Shown: piece by piece, positions 1 through 32,500 of the stretch
Layout: every line of letters begins with the position of its first letter
How positions within the stretch are numbered: the stretch's first letter is position 1
Source: Hormiphora californensis
Taxonomy: Eukaryota > Animalia > Ctenophora
Reading direction: 5' to 3'
NCBI GenBank assembly: GCA_020137815.1
Contig: CM035358.1
Coordinates: forward strand, 4,092,001-4,156,000
Length of the DNA: 64,000 bases
Program-made: the position numbers and the translations under genes
Notes under the pieces: model-generated
Seen by the model: the letters and a program-made list of their open reading frames with translations, nothing else
The model's database searches: none
Told to the model about the DNA's origin: nothing

Positions 1-8008
<8,008 letters not shown>

Positions 8009-8597
8009 CTGGTCAATAAAAATAACTCCTAGATGTGTTTATAAGGTTAATTGTAAATCAAACATGCAAGAGGAAAACACTTCCGGACTCACGCCCGGGA
8101 ATCAAGGGCAACAAAAAAACAGGAATGAGGAAACAGAAAACAACGAAGAAAAAACGACTGTGCATGATGATATTTGCCCAAAAATGTTATACGACGCGGC
8201 GCGCGGCGAAACGCGCAAAACAAATCCGCGCGTCGTTAGTTTATAAAAATGGCCTCATCCTCCCTTGTATTGTGTCTTGAGATATTTCCAATAATGGCCG
8301 TGACAATTTATCCGTATTACAATTTACAGACCTTAGTGAGGACTACCATGCCACTGTCAGAAAATACGAATTCAAACGAGGTTGTTGATTAACAGGAAAT
8401 AAAAGTAGGCTTAGAAAAACTTGGTAAAAGAACCTGATTTAACGTAAATATAAACATTTTGTGATTAAACAAATGCACTCACTAGTTGAATGAAAAAATT
8501 GTCCCTTTTTGTAAAAATCAAAGCAAAGGACATCTAAACAAATGAGATAGCCAGTATACCATACTGTATTATACAGTGTATAGAGCTACCATGAAGT

Positions 8598-8960
8598 GGT
8601 AAGCGGTAAATACTCACTCGGTTCTTCACATTTTTTGGACGTTTTTGGCCATAACTCAGCCATTTTTTGACCAATTTGCAAAATCTTGGGCTCATTGGAA
8701 AGAAGACATTAAGAGCTTTCCAATGAGCCCTAGAAAATGAAAATTGGCGCAAAATGCGCGGCGTTATGGCGTAAAATGCGCGTTTTCGCCATAGCGCCGC
8801 GCATTTTGCGCCGATTTTCATTTTCTAAGGCTCATTGGAAAGCTCTCAATGTCTTCTTTCCAATGAGCCCAAGATTTTGCAAATTGGTCAAGAAATGGCT
8901 GAGTTATGGCCAAAAAAGTCCAAAAAATGTGAAGAACCGAGTGAGTATTTACCGCTTACC
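8598..8960. mobile_element. Palindromic MITE (GGTAAGCGG termini), same family as 2416-2787
   Basis: TIR GGTAAGCGGTAAATACTCACTCGG; 9-bp TSD CCATGAAGT (8589-8597 and 8961-8969). Confidence 0.9.
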
Positions 8961-8969
8961 CCATGAAGT

Positions 8970-9030
8970 ATAGAGCCATTCATGAACCTATACTATAGGA
9001 CCTATAGTATAGGTTCATGAATGGCTCTAT
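8970..9030. repeat. Perfect palindrome: 30-bp arms, 1-nt loop
   Basis: ATAGAGCCATTCATGAACCTATACTATAGG-A-CCTATAGTATAGGTTCATGAATGGCTCTAT. Confidence 0.95.
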
Positions 9031-9087
9031 GTCTTATGGCCTGTGATCTGGCGGCAGCAGACCCCGTTTTGATATCATAACAATTAT

Positions 9088-19646
<10,559 letters not shown>

Positions 19647-22351
19647 CTAAAGAATTGTTGTGTAGTAACCATGGTAACTCTTGCATCATTTGATTGCGTT
19701 GTAACCATGGTAACGGGATTCATGCGTGGTAACCATGGTTACAATTACAGTAAATCAGTAATAACTGAACTGGTAGTTACCATAGTTGGCTTGTCCTTGT
19801 GCTGTTGCACCTCCCCCGCGCCCCCCCGCCGGCGCGTGGGAGGTGCAACAGCACAAGTAAAATCTTCAAATTCTCGCAAAATCTTCAAAAAGAAACTTAC
19901 TCACAGACAGAAACTTACTCACAGCAGAACAAGACAACCAAAGATGCACGGAACGTGACAGCTAGCCCTCGTATAGCACCTCTTTGACTGCAAAAACGTA
20001 CACAGAAATGTGCCAACTAACACCAACAAAGATATACTATGACGTGTACCAGTTACAGACGGGTTTTAACTCAACGAAATCTGATCTAGTACTGTATTGA
20101 TCGATCTACATGAAACGTATCAAAGTTCGTTAAAGCTAAAACTGCGTCTTCCATTCACACACAATCTCACACACAGACCTCGACATAATACATGACTGAA
20201 TGAACAAGAATAGTAATAAAATGTGAAACTTACTAGAGGTGACAAAGGACAGGGGAAACAGGGCAAACAGTAAACTCACTGACACAGGAGAGGGGTGTGA
20301 TAAAGGCAGAACCACAGAATTGAACAACTCTCCGCCAGTCAAGACGCCACGCACAAACACGTCCGGTTCTGGCATGAACTCGAAACATAGGTCGAACGTG
20401 TTGACTAACGGTTGTTAAGTTCTTTCCGCACTTAATCTCACACACTCTCAAGCCTCACTGCTGCAAAAAGGGTAAAACTAAACGGCACGGGACTGGGATA
20501 TATCGAAATAGTGAAACATACTAGGAGTGACAAAGACATGGATGCTACTAACAGAGTGATAAACAGACGGTGCACATAACACATCCACTGAAGGTCAGGA
20601 TACCGAGCACAAACACACCTCGGGCCTCGCCGTAGGTCGTAGTTCCGGGTGGGTGAGGTACCTTGACAGTCAGCGGCAAGGCAAGTTAACGTTCACCACG
20701 CCAATTATCATATTACTCTCGTGCCTGCTAACTAACAATGACTAACATTTACAAAAATACTGGACTACTGGACGGGACTACTACAAGCATAAATACTGCT
20801 AAAAGTATAAGGAAAGTGTAGCGGCCAAATAGTACTGAGCCAAAACTGTATGAACTGTTCCTCAGACTCCCAAATTATACAAAATCACACTCATTGACTC
20901 ACAACTCAGACCCGCAACTCACGCTAACAGCTCATAAGAATTCTCACAACTCGCGCTCACATGGTTCTCCAGGAGACTCACAACTCACAAGAAATGGTGT
21001 TACCACATTATGAGTATGACATACCAAAATTCACACATAGCCAAACACATCTCACGGTTCCACACACGATCACATATTCACACACGGGGCTTTCTTGCAC
21101 ACATAAAACTCGCATTCATAAAGCTATCACTCGTTCACAAATAAAAGTCACACACTAGCTACTCGCATTTCAGCTGGACGGATATCACCTGACTACGCAC
21201 ACACTAATGTGACAGGAGCAGGGTCATATCAACCGGATAGACCTGAGTCCAGATGACCAAGAACAAAAAAAAATCACAAACTAGCTGCCGGGTTGTATCC
21301 GGATATCGCCAAACCACACACACTATATCTAATGAGGTAGGATCAGGGTCATATCAAACCGGACAAACCCGTGTTCAGGCAAAAGAAAAGGGATACGTGG
21401 TTAATGATGCGGCATGACTGTGAACTAAGCTCAGTACCTCTCTAGAACCTAGTCTCTCATGACTCAAATAATTCGAAATAACTCACACGAGACACATCTC
21501 GCTCAACACTCTAACTGTTCCACTTGCTCAGTTTATCTTTCCCACACAAACAGATACCTCCCGTCACATACAGGCGCTCAGTTAACAGTCTGTCACGGGA
21601 TCATCATCGAGGAGAGGTTCCATAGCCAAAGAGAGTTCCATCACCGAAACACAAGTCCACCAGAGAAGACAGGTCCACCGGAGAAGACATGTCCACCAGA
21701 GAAAACCGGCTCCACTATCAAAGACACTGACAGGTCCACTAACGAGTCCCATCAAGGTCACCATTGTCCCGCTGGTCGCGGTGGGGGGATTCATGATTGT
21801 GGGTTTCCATGTTGTTTCCGTTGGTAACAAATTCAAAACTTCAGAGATACGGGGACCACTAACGGTATATCGAACAGGTTGTACAGAATCTTGAAAAGTA
21901 CATTGCAATCTGAATCTCTTGACTTCATCTCCTCAAAATATACTCCTCTTTCTCTGGCATTCTCTCACTCTACATCAAGGTATCACTCTCACTCTGACTC
22001 TCTCTATCTCAAACACATTCTCTCTCTAAATCTCTCCAACTCTCAGACTCTAAATCTCTCCAACTCTCTCTTCTCTCATAATCTCACTCTAAATCTGCGC
22101 TACTCCTCGCGGAGACTCACGGACTGACAGTTAAAGGTATCATGTTGCCACGCTAAAGTGGTCGAAGCTGCGCCCTATGTAGGGACCACTATCCAAACGG
22201 ACAGTACGTAGATAGCACCACGATTAAATGCCAACCGTCTCTACGTAGTAGAGAGAGAGGAGAGAGTAGAGAAAAGAGAGTTAAGATAAAGCAAAAAGAG
22301 AGAAGAAGGAGAGAGAGAGAGAGAGAGGGAGACGAGAAGAGGGAGAGAGAG

Positions 22352-22382
<31 letters not shown>

Positions 22383-23399
22383 CAGAGAGAGAGAGAGAGA
22401 GAAGAGCTCTCTCTCTCTCTATCTATCTCTATCTCTCTCTATCTCTATATCTACTCTATCTCACTTCTGGCTTGTTCTGTGAATGCACGTATATATGTGA
22501 CTTTATGACAAGACTGATAATATGACAATACAGATATAATAAGAAGCAAGCCCTAATTTCTAAGCAGAGTGCACAGGTGCACATGTTCCTCCGACCTCCA
22601 AGCTATTTAGGTTGGTGTTAGACTCAAGGTTGAAGGTTAGGACACCTTTGCTATTAGGCGCATTGTTGTCGGCATCATTCTTAACATCCATCACAGCAAC
22701 ACTGCTAGTTGCTATGGGAACGTTCTTTGTCTCGACGGATGTCGCCACCTTCTTGATTGTGTTAACCATACTGAGAGAGGGAGAATATGTTGGAATCCTA
22801 TTTACTAAACCGAATTGAACAGTCACCCGATCATCGCAGAGTAATTGTTTAACTAATTAATTATTCATACCTTTGTGTGATGTCTTGTGAGTTGGGGGTA
22901 ACATCAGCCTTTAGATCACTCTCCACAAATACATGACACTCTGCAGAATGCTAGTAGTCAGGTTGGGACTTAGAGACTCAGTGGTTGAGTCAGTGATGGA
23001 AGCAATGATTTCGGTAACCACGGCAACGTCCCCAAGACCGTTATCGGCAGTCTTGGAGGTTATCTTTTCCATAACAATAGCTTTGTCATCCGAAGTTTTG
23101 TTTGTACTCTACAGGGGGGAGGGGGTGAACAATTATAATTTAAATTGTAATGGTTTAGATATAATTCTCTAACAATATAATTCCAGTACATGTGACAAAT
23201 AACTTACTTTTAAAACCTTCTCGAGTTCCTTGCTGTTCGCTGTCTTTAAGCACGTGAACTCTTCTACCAGCTCTGTTTTACTATCCCCCTCACTCTTTAA
23301 GGTGCATATGAATACCGCCGCAGTCTCAGCCGTCGGGTCATCAAACGTGCATTTCGCGGTATGCAATTTGTCGACCTGAAGCCATGGTGTGGTCCAGTT

Positions 23400-24365
23400 G
23401 CCGTACTGGTTCGCGATGGTTTGTCCGAAACACCCATCACCAAGGTCGCCTGGGGTGGAAATATATCTGGTTAGCTGCTATTCATTTCAATAAGGGGGAA
23501 AAAACGGATGATCCCCACGACTGCCAGACCAGCAAAGATCCCGCGTGCCTGTCCCGCCGCGAAATCGATTGATTTGCGACGAAGCACACACACGGCAGCA
23601 GCACTGGTCTCTACACAGGCAGTTGTTGGGAGCATTGAGACCCACACACTAGAACGCGTTAACCAGGATTATAAGAAATGTCTCGCCTCAAATGTCTATT
23701 AGCCAGTTGGTGATAAATTTTCTCTGATTGCTCGGCAGGATTTTAGAAATCTGTTCAAGGCACATCCATTGCTCTCAGAGTAAATGGTGATAGAATCCTC
23801 GCTGATGATGGCTGAGCGGAGAGTTTCTGGGATGGACTGGCGGACTTCATCATAGGCCTGACACACTGTCAGGACGTGCCGTTCGTTCTCTGGGACAGAT
23901 TCTGCAAATGGCAGGTGATCGAGTAGCTGCTTAGTTTTGTCGTCGCAACAGAATCGGCAGTGCGTGGGTGAATGTTGTTTGGAGTATCTGGATGTTTCTA
24001 CCCTGAGGTCATGGGCACTGACTCTTAGTTTGCTTATTTCGCTTCTCTCAAACCGTCGCTCAGATTAAGGTATTCCTCGTAGCCATATGCATGTTTCACT
24101 GAGTTGTAGTACGACAGCTTTGACTGGTTTTGCCGGAGTTTTTCCCAGTGATTTACCATCAATCTTTCAAGATCTCCTCGTGAAAAGTTGTTCTTGATAT
24201 TTTCCCAGAAGGAGAACCAATTGAGGTTAAGCCGTTTCTGCTCGTTTGCGGCCAGACCTAGAATTGAGTCAGATTCCGATATTTTGGACATTACTCTGTC
24301 AAAGTAGGATATACCCTGACTAATGATCGCAATGAACGTTGGAGCTCTTCCTGTTTCACCGTAGC
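23400..24365 (-). mobile_element. 3' fragment of a non-LTR retrotransposon (C-terminal CCHC region)
   Basis: YGETGRAP, SKLSYYNSVKHAYGYEEYL, KLRVSAHDLRVETSRY, CRFCCD...ENERHVLTVC. Confidence 0.75.
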
Positions 24366-25426
24366 AATGTCTTTCTTTTGTTCTCTATATAATAGGCTTA
24401 CCTTTTTTCTCACAAGTTGGAAGATCACTCGGCCACGACCCGTCATTGTCACATGATACTGTGCTTGATCCTTTTACTTCAAAGGTATTATCCGTGCAAG
24501 TGACAGCTACGGTGTTCCCTGCTTCAATCCCATTCAAATCAGTAAGAGAGTTATCGATGGTTATAGCAGGACAAACTGAAAGAGAGATGTGAAATGCAGC
24601 TGATATATGATCACGGTGTACCCCTTTTGTGTACTTTGTTACCCCTTATTATATGTGAGGCGTATGAAATTTTAAGTGTACTGAAAAGCGCGATAGAAAA
24701 TAGAGAATTAGGATAGAAGGAACAGTAACACAACTGCAATACAGTTTATACTTCCTCATTAAGGGGAACTTCATGATGAAGCCCATTACTGTGAACGAAC
24801 TACCAGATTTGCCCCTTCCTGCAAACTTTTTAGTAGCGTGTGATGACAAACACAGTCATGGCAGCGCAATGGCAGTGATGGGCTTTATTATGAAGTTTGC
24901 AGTTGATGAGATCCTGTCCATCGAGCTAGAGTTCTCCTTACCTGTTGGTTTTCCTCTGTAGCTGTCAGATGCAGTATCCAAGGATCCAAATTTTATCTTT
25001 TCCACTACATCTCCTCCCCACGTCGATACACAGCGAGTATCCCTACTGTCACTGAACTGGTAGTCCAGAACCTCCACTCCGTTGCACTCTATGCTAAGTG
25101 TAGCAGCCGTCTTTCGAATTGTCAAATCTGTCAACATCTTGGTGGGTTGTAGCATGGGGGAGGGAGGGCGCGTCGTGTGCAGGTGCAGTGACCAATATAG
25201 TATTGGAAAGGTGAGGTGAACATCACATTCACCACTTCAATATAACTCCCATCTGCAGTGTATGTAGGCACACACCAATCTTGTCTCACTCCCAGCAGTT
25301 AGCAGTAGAGTCGGTTTTGATTTGAAGAGGGGTGCTCTCCAGATCAAATGGGATTATTTTCTTTATCATGACTGGACTCCATGTTACTGAAATGTGATGA
25401 ATTAGCCATAGCCATTATTACATAGC

Positions 25427-26644
25427 TATCACTGCGCTGGCAAGCGCAAAGGTGACCCCATCCATCCCCCGAAAAAAATTTCCCCCAAAAACGGCCCGCT
25501 TGCTCACATCGTATATATATCGTGTATAGTTATTATACCAAAACTAATTGAACTTAGTAGGCCGGAAAGGTTGCCGTATGATTTGAGCTACCTTTGCCAC
25601 CGTAACATTCACGGGGTACAGACAGGGTATAACAGATGCTTCGTCTATCTTCAAAAGGGAATGTACTGGTGCCAAAAGTATAGCTCAAATTATACGGCAA
25701 CCTTTCCGGCCTACTAATTTCAATTAGTTTTGGTATAATTTGCATATTTTGGACTTTTTTATCCATTTGATGTGATGATGTAATAGAACGGGCACGGAGA
25801 GTATGGAATCGCGAAATTGAATTTCATTTTTGACGTCATAAAATGACGTCACGACATTATGACGTCATAATGATGACGTCATATCATCGGGATTGCCTAG
25901 ACGAAGATACTGACCAAGTTTGAGATCGATTGGATGAAATATGAGCCCGCTATGGCGAGAAAACCCATATCGTCATATCTATGTATTTTTAAACAGTCAT
26001 AATACTTTAGACGCGTTTTAAGACCCTTATACGTCTAGTTTTGAAAATTCGTTATATAGTTTCTGAAAGTTCAGACAATTTTCTTTTCATAATTTAGTCT
26101 TCGTTTTTCGTTTAATCCGTTCTTAGTGTGTGTTGTAAATTGAGCTCAAAGAAGTTTGGTAAGTGTATCAAAAGTGACGACTTTAAGACGTTCTGTAGGA
26201 CGTTCCTGGGGATGATGGAAAACCTCACCCCGCTAATAACACAATAATTGAGTAGATTTACAAGCTTATGAAAACGAGAAGTCTCTATCTCTTTCCGTTT
26301 GTTCAGAACTGTGCTCAGAAAAAGCGTCTCTCCTATGCGTGGACGCGCGCGCATGCACACGCATGTCCGTTACACTGAATCTATAGCAAATGGAAACAGT
26401 CTGTAACTCCGGACCCAGATAAGATAGAGACTTGAAATTTTTAACATGAGTCAAAGACCCCAAGCCGGGTATACATCCCAAATTTCAAGTCAAACGGATG
26501 AAAGAGAGCCACGCTATTATAGCCTTCTGAAATCAGGTTTTTTCAGCGAAACACCCATAAAACGTATAACTGCGTTTCTGGCAGCGCTTTAGCTTTTGGG
26601 GGGGGGGGGGAATGGCGACCTTTGCGCTTGCCAGCGCAGTGATA
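25427..26644. mobile_element. Non-autonomous TIR element in an intron
   Basis: TIR TATCACTGCGCTGGCAAGCGCAAAGGT at both ends; no clear TSD. Confidence 0.75.
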
Positions 26645-28731
26645 CCAATAACTATTAATGCCCGTCCATCAAGCTAGATTTTCTCCTTACCTGTTGGTTT
26701 TCCTCTGTAGCTGTCAGATGCAGTGTCCAAGGAGCCAAATCCTATCTTTTTTACTACATCTCCTCCCCACGTCAATACACACTGACTTTTACTACTGTCA
26801 CTGAACTGGTAGTTCAGAACCTCCACTCCGTTGCACTCTATGCTAAGTGTATCAGCCGTCTTTCGAATTGTCCAAATCTTGTCCACTTCTCTTGTGGGAA
26901 CGGCGAGTAGGGTGGAGTCAGGGTGGCGTGGAAGGTGTTGGGTGGGCAGGTGTAATTAGCGATCCGGGCAGGGACGCAGGAAGGCGTATGCCGTTGAGGT
27001 TTTTTGTGAAGTGTTTGACTCAGTATACACATATAAAGTGAGTGGAACCTAAGTAACCTTCAATATAACTCTCTGAGACAGTGTATGTAGGCACATCAAT
27101 CCTGTCCCCCTCCCGGTCAGGTAGTTAGTGATATAAGTCTTTTATTTGAAGAGGGTGCTATTCTCAGATAAATGGGTATGATTTTGTTCTTTACCATTGA
27201 CCTGGACCTCCATGTTACTGAAATGGAGATGAATTAGCTCTATTATATACCAAATAAGCGATTTTGTCTATCAGTACATGTTATTCAAAAACCCGATCCG
27301 ATTTAAAAGCCATGCATGATTTTTTCAAACCTTTGATGGTAGTGAAGTTGCTCGAGACTCCAGGTGGGAACTCCAGTAATGACCATACCAGCACCAAGAC
27401 CAACATTTAAACACAAATTAAACTTAAAAGAATGAGAGAATTATGATAGAAGTATGGCTGACTCAGTAACTATTGAAAGTGATCAACGTGAGGAACAAAG
27501 ACTTCAACCGTTCAAAAATCAATATAATGTATTTACAATACATATTTTATGAATATCAAGTGCGTGGCAGCAGTTCGCATTAATTAAAAATCGCACTTTT
27601 TCGAAGTCTAACCCTGCGGGCAGGGAAAAAATACAATAGACTAGGTATCTTATCAACATTTAAAAGTGCTATTAAAAGTGCTTAAAGTGAATATTTTATA
27701 AAGGAAGGGAGGGAACTCAGCTACAAAGATGAGACACATGACAGCAGGAGGAGAAGCTAGATTTAGACAACGCCTGTACTAAGAATATAGTGTTTCCAGC
27801 CGACAGGGCGCGTTGTAAGAGAAAAACCATCGCCTATAAAGTTGGAATTGGGGGAGAGAGAGGAGAATGGAGGAGAAGAGAGAGAGAGAGAGGAAGAGAG
27901 AAGAAGCAGAGGAGGAGGAGACGCAGCCCAGAAACATGATGCGGCACCGAACCCTAGAGCTGGAGAGATGGTCCTTTAAGAAATTTGAAGACAAATGGTG
28001 GCCGTGGCGCCTGGATTCGCGCTCAAGAACGCAGAACTTGGAGGTAGAGGCCGGAGGAGAGAGGAGAGAGAGAACGGAGAGCGAGTACGGAAGAAATGCA
28101 GAGGAGAGACAGAGAGAACGAGAGGGATACTCGCGCGCAAGTCTGTGACCCCGCGAGGAGCCTGGCGATGGAGAGTCTGCTGAATGATGAGTAGATGCGA
28201 CGGTCCGAGTGTGGATCGAGTGAAATCGCGAAAGGGAATGCCGAGGGGACGGAAGATTGTCACGGAAGACAAGGGGAGTAGATAGACATGGGGGCAGAGG
28301 ATTGAGAGGAGAGACGACCTAGAGGGTTGATGCAGGAACGACTGAGAGCGCTGAGAGAGCTGACCCAGAGAGGCAAGAAGTCCGTACGAGGAATCGAGAG
28401 ACGAGAACTCACGGAGGACACGCCGTGAAGAGATGCGAGGAGCGTACTCGAGAGACGACGAACCCGAGATGAAGAAAGAGGGAGACGAGACGAAGAGCAC
28501 CGAGGTAGAAGGACCGTAGTAGCCCAACGACCGAGAAAGTAGGACGAGAGAGACGACCAAGGGGGGAAGTGACGAAGAGAGAAGGACGACGAGAGACGCA
28601 GATAGACGTAGTAATGACAGTGAGAGTGAAACTAGAGGAGACAGCAGAGAGAGAGAGAGAGGGAGAGAGAGAGAAGAGGCGAGAGAGATGAGAGCATGAG
28701 ACGGATGAGTCGTCAGACGAGAGACGCAGGA

Positions 28732-28772
<41 letters not shown>

Positions 28773-29075
28773 GGGCGAGAGAAGACGAGAGAGAGAGAGA
28801 GAGAGAGGAGGGAGAGAGAGAGAGACTGAGCGAGGAGAGAGGAGAGAAGAGAGAGAGAGAGGAGGGAGGAGAGAGAGAGAGAGAGAGAGCGGAGAGGAGA
28901 GAGAGAGATGGAGAAGAGAGAGAGAGAGAGAGAGAGAAGAGGAGAGAGAGAGAGAGGAGATCCGGAAGATAGAGTGTATGGGTGCTAGGACCATGGGCAA
29001 TCGGGAGAGAGCATCGTTTTCAAACTTTCATCAACTACAACGAAAAACTATTTATTGACAGTGAATTGTATGAGT

Positions 29076-29159
29076 CACTAGTACACTAGTATTTTACTAG
29101 TACACTAGTACACTAGTACACTAGTACACTAGTACACTAGTACACTAGTACACTAGTAT
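29076..29159. repeat. (TAGTACAC)n 8-bp tandem repeat
   Basis: Direct inspection. Confidence 0.9.
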
Positions 29160-29599
29160 TTCAGTGGGTGACAAGTCCCGGATTCGCTATGATTTTTTTT
29201 GATTTGGAAAAGGATAAAAATCGATATATTTATAAAGACAATATCCCGGTTGGCTCCTATTGACGAAGTGTCAATATAGACGGAGCGCTTACACCTCAAA
29301 ATACTCTAAAAAAAATTCACACACAGACAGTTCTCACACACTACGGACAAACAGACTAATACAGTATATTTTAATAGAATAAATAAATCATCAATGGCTA
29401 CTATAGATAATATATTGATTATTTCCCTCCCTAGCCAACCCCCCAAAATTCTTGTTTGTAAATGTCTTGTAATCAATTATGTGATTAGATTAGATTCGCG
29501 ACTGTGCGATTGCTTGTTGTTAGTTTCAACTCTTCAACACCACACCAAAGAAATAAATAATTGAAGTCCATGAGTAGGAAAAATTGATCTAAAGTTTAG

Positions 29600-32500
29600 A
29601 AAAGTAGGTGAAGTCAATAGCACAGCCGCGAATTTACGAATTGGAATGTTTTCCAGAGATAATCTTTTGAGCTTGGCCACAAAGGCATCATGAGAATCTA
29701 GGCATCGTAGGTCATGCGGAAGGTTATTCCATTCCACATGGATACGGTAAAAATAACTATGTTTAAAAGCATCAATATTAGGTTTATGTGTGCAAATGAT
29801 GTCTGTTTGTCTGGTTTGTCTGCTGTCTAGTTGTACGCCTGTCGTGCTGTCAGGGATATATTGTGAAGGAACAATGGAAGGTTTAGGGATGAAGATCCGT
29901 AGAATATCTTATGAAACAGTTTTAAGTCATTATAAAGGAACCTTTCGGTAATAGGGAAGAATCTTTCTTGTTTAAGTTTATGACATACGTTTTCCAACAT
30001 AGCTGAGCTCCATTTATTATTTATCCATTTAATGCACGTTTTGGAGCTTTTCGAAACTTTTCAATACTAGAGGCTGAAACTGGTCGCATTCTGGCTGCAG
30101 TGTTCAAACAACGAGCTAACAAGACTGACATAAAGTGTTCTCCTCTTAGAGGGGAATCAACCAGAGCACTAGTTCTCTTGACTAGGCCTAACCTTTGAGA
30201 AGTTTTAGAAATTATCATGTTTTGGTGTTCTAGTGGCGATAATTTTCTATTGGTGATCACCCCCAGGTCAGTTTCATTTGTACATTGTTTAATCTCACTA
30301 CTCCCTAGATAATATTTTAGGTTAACATGCTTATGTTTCAAGGTACATCTAAGAAGTTTACATTTATTAGGGTGGAACTTCATTTTGTTTTTCCTACTCC
30401 ACTCGACCAATCTATCAATATCAGGCTGGAGACTATCACTTTCATTCTTAATCGTCCTCCAGATTTTTAGATCGTCAGCATACAGCTTTATATTGGTTTC
30501 TCCATCATCCCCAAGCCGCTCAACTATATCATTTATAAATAGAAACAAAAGGAATGGACGAGGATGGATCCTGAGGGACTCCATCTTAACATTAGACCAT
30601 TCCGAGAATTCACCATCTAATGGACTCTCTGTCGACGTCCAGTAAGTACGCTTTAAGAAATGTGAACATTTTACCATTTATGTTATATTGGACTTTAAGT
30701 TTTTCAAGTATGAATCGTGTGATACGCTGTCAAAAGCCTTTTGGAAATCAAAAAATTATATATCTGTTGCAAGTGTTGGTTTAAATTATTGCTAGCTCAC
30801 AGTTAAACTCTATCAGTTGGGTGGTACATGACTTCAGTGGTAAGAACCCATGCTGTGAGGTGTAACTTTCCCAGACAAGCCCTATACAGGCGCTCTCTAA
30901 CCAACTTTTCGAATACCTCATAATTAGACACGTAAGAGAAATCGGTCTATAATTCTCTACATTAGAACTTATCTCCTTTTTGTGGACTGGCACAACATTT
31001 GCATTTTTCCACTCAGTTGGAATAGTCCCTTCATCAAAAACTTTGTTAAAAATTAATACTAGTGGATATGCCAATGATTTGTAACATTTTTTCAAAACTA
31101 TACCGTCTATGTTATCTGGGCCAGTGGCCTTGGATGCATCTAATTTTCTCAATATATCTACTACTTCATCAAAGTGAAAAGTTTCGTTGTTAAAATCATT
31201 ATCGTGGTTTCTATCAAAATCAATTTGTGTGCTATACGTACTGACTTGAGTGAATTGTTTACAAAAGAACTCATTAAACATTTTACATTTTCGTCGACTG
31301 CTCTTTTCAGAGTTATCTCCGTAATGTACTACATCAGGAACTCTAGTGCTGCTAGTTTTTGATTTCACATGTTTAAAAAACTTTTTGGAAATTGCAGCTG
31401 TAGGAGCAGACTCATCAATAGAGGAGAGTTCTAGAAAGTGTGTTTCTTTCTCCTTGGAAGTTTTTCTGTACTCTGCCTCCATACAAGTAAATACATTTTT
31501 TAGGGAAACATCATTTGGAAACTTTAGAGAAGCTTTTCTAGAATTATCCATTGACCTTTTTAACTGTCTCAACTCATCATCGTACCAGGGTGGTTGAGAT
31601 CCTATTTTTACATTAACAATGGTACATGGGTCTTAGGGTTATATCTAATTTGATTTAAACTTCTGAGAGATTGCTCGGCCCTGAGGTGTTTGAATTCCTT
31701 AGCCAGTCATACCGAATCAGTCCCTCATTAATTGCATCCCAATTAGCTTTGTAAGAAAACTTTTTAGCCGTCTTAAAATTGGGTCTTATCTTTTTGATGC
31801 ATCTCACATTAATAGTGAAGTGGTTCAGATTTGACTAAAGAATTTTCTTCTATCGATACATTGGAAAAGCAGGAACTATTATTTGTGAGAATAGATCTAA
31901 TATATTTCCATCCTGTGTGTAGGTGCGTTTTAACGAAATCATACCCAGAGATGTAAAAAGGTGAGCAAACCTTCGTGTATACTATTGCTCGATACTGGGT
32001 GATCCCAATCTTTTACCGAGCTTAAATTGAGATCACCGATGATTGCTAGGTTTTTATATTTTCTAGATAGGCGTGTAGTAGTACCGCTCAGCTTCTTCAA
32101 GACAATCTGACCCCGAGTAATCATACCGTGAATGGTGAGATACATATCGGGGTCAGGTTTTTTGACTTGAGCAGTATAGTGACAATAGGCAGATTTACCT
32201 TTTCCTTTACCTGATCAACTTCAATTCCATGTTATTCTACATAATATCATAACTCCTCCCCGCCCCTTTATCATACATTTCCATGTTCTTTTAGTTCTAT
32301 CTTTTCTGTATATTGTATAGAACTGATCGGACACTAGTTCCCCATCATTGACATGCTTGTTCAACCACGTTTCGTTTAATACTAAAATTTCTGGCTCATA
32401 TGTAAACAAATATGCTCGGAGATCAGAGAGTTTAGATACCTGAAACTGGGGCTGATCACCACTAATTGATTGCATATTTATGAGACCATTAACGTTGCAG

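Larger units (their letters stand above)
22560..27406 (-). pseudogene. N-terminal part of an adhesion-GPCR-like secreted/membrane protein: signal peptide, two related about 140-aa domains, Sushi/CCP, GAIN-like region; indel-disrupted; no GPS or 7TM seen
   Basis: Exon 27406-27331 MLVLVLVWSLLEFPPGVSS; paralogous exons about 27220-26690 and 25390-24942 (IRKTA.TLSIECNGVEVL.YQFSDS..C..TWGGDVV.KI.F); Sushi exon about 24577-24402 (CPAITIDN..TCTDNTFEVKGSSTVSCDNDGSWPSDLPTC); Ser/Thr-rich helical exons 23376-22560. Confidence 0.55.

Noticed and set aside
19700-22250. Possible LTR or Helitron fragment, with a hairpin at about 19798-19856
   Set aside because: No recognisable protein motif, paired terminal repeat or TSD was found.
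27780-29000. Possible gene or LINE fragment in a GA-rich stretch
   Set aside because: The sequence is scrambled and looks low quality; there is only a faint resemblance to a LINE 3' end and no sustained frame.
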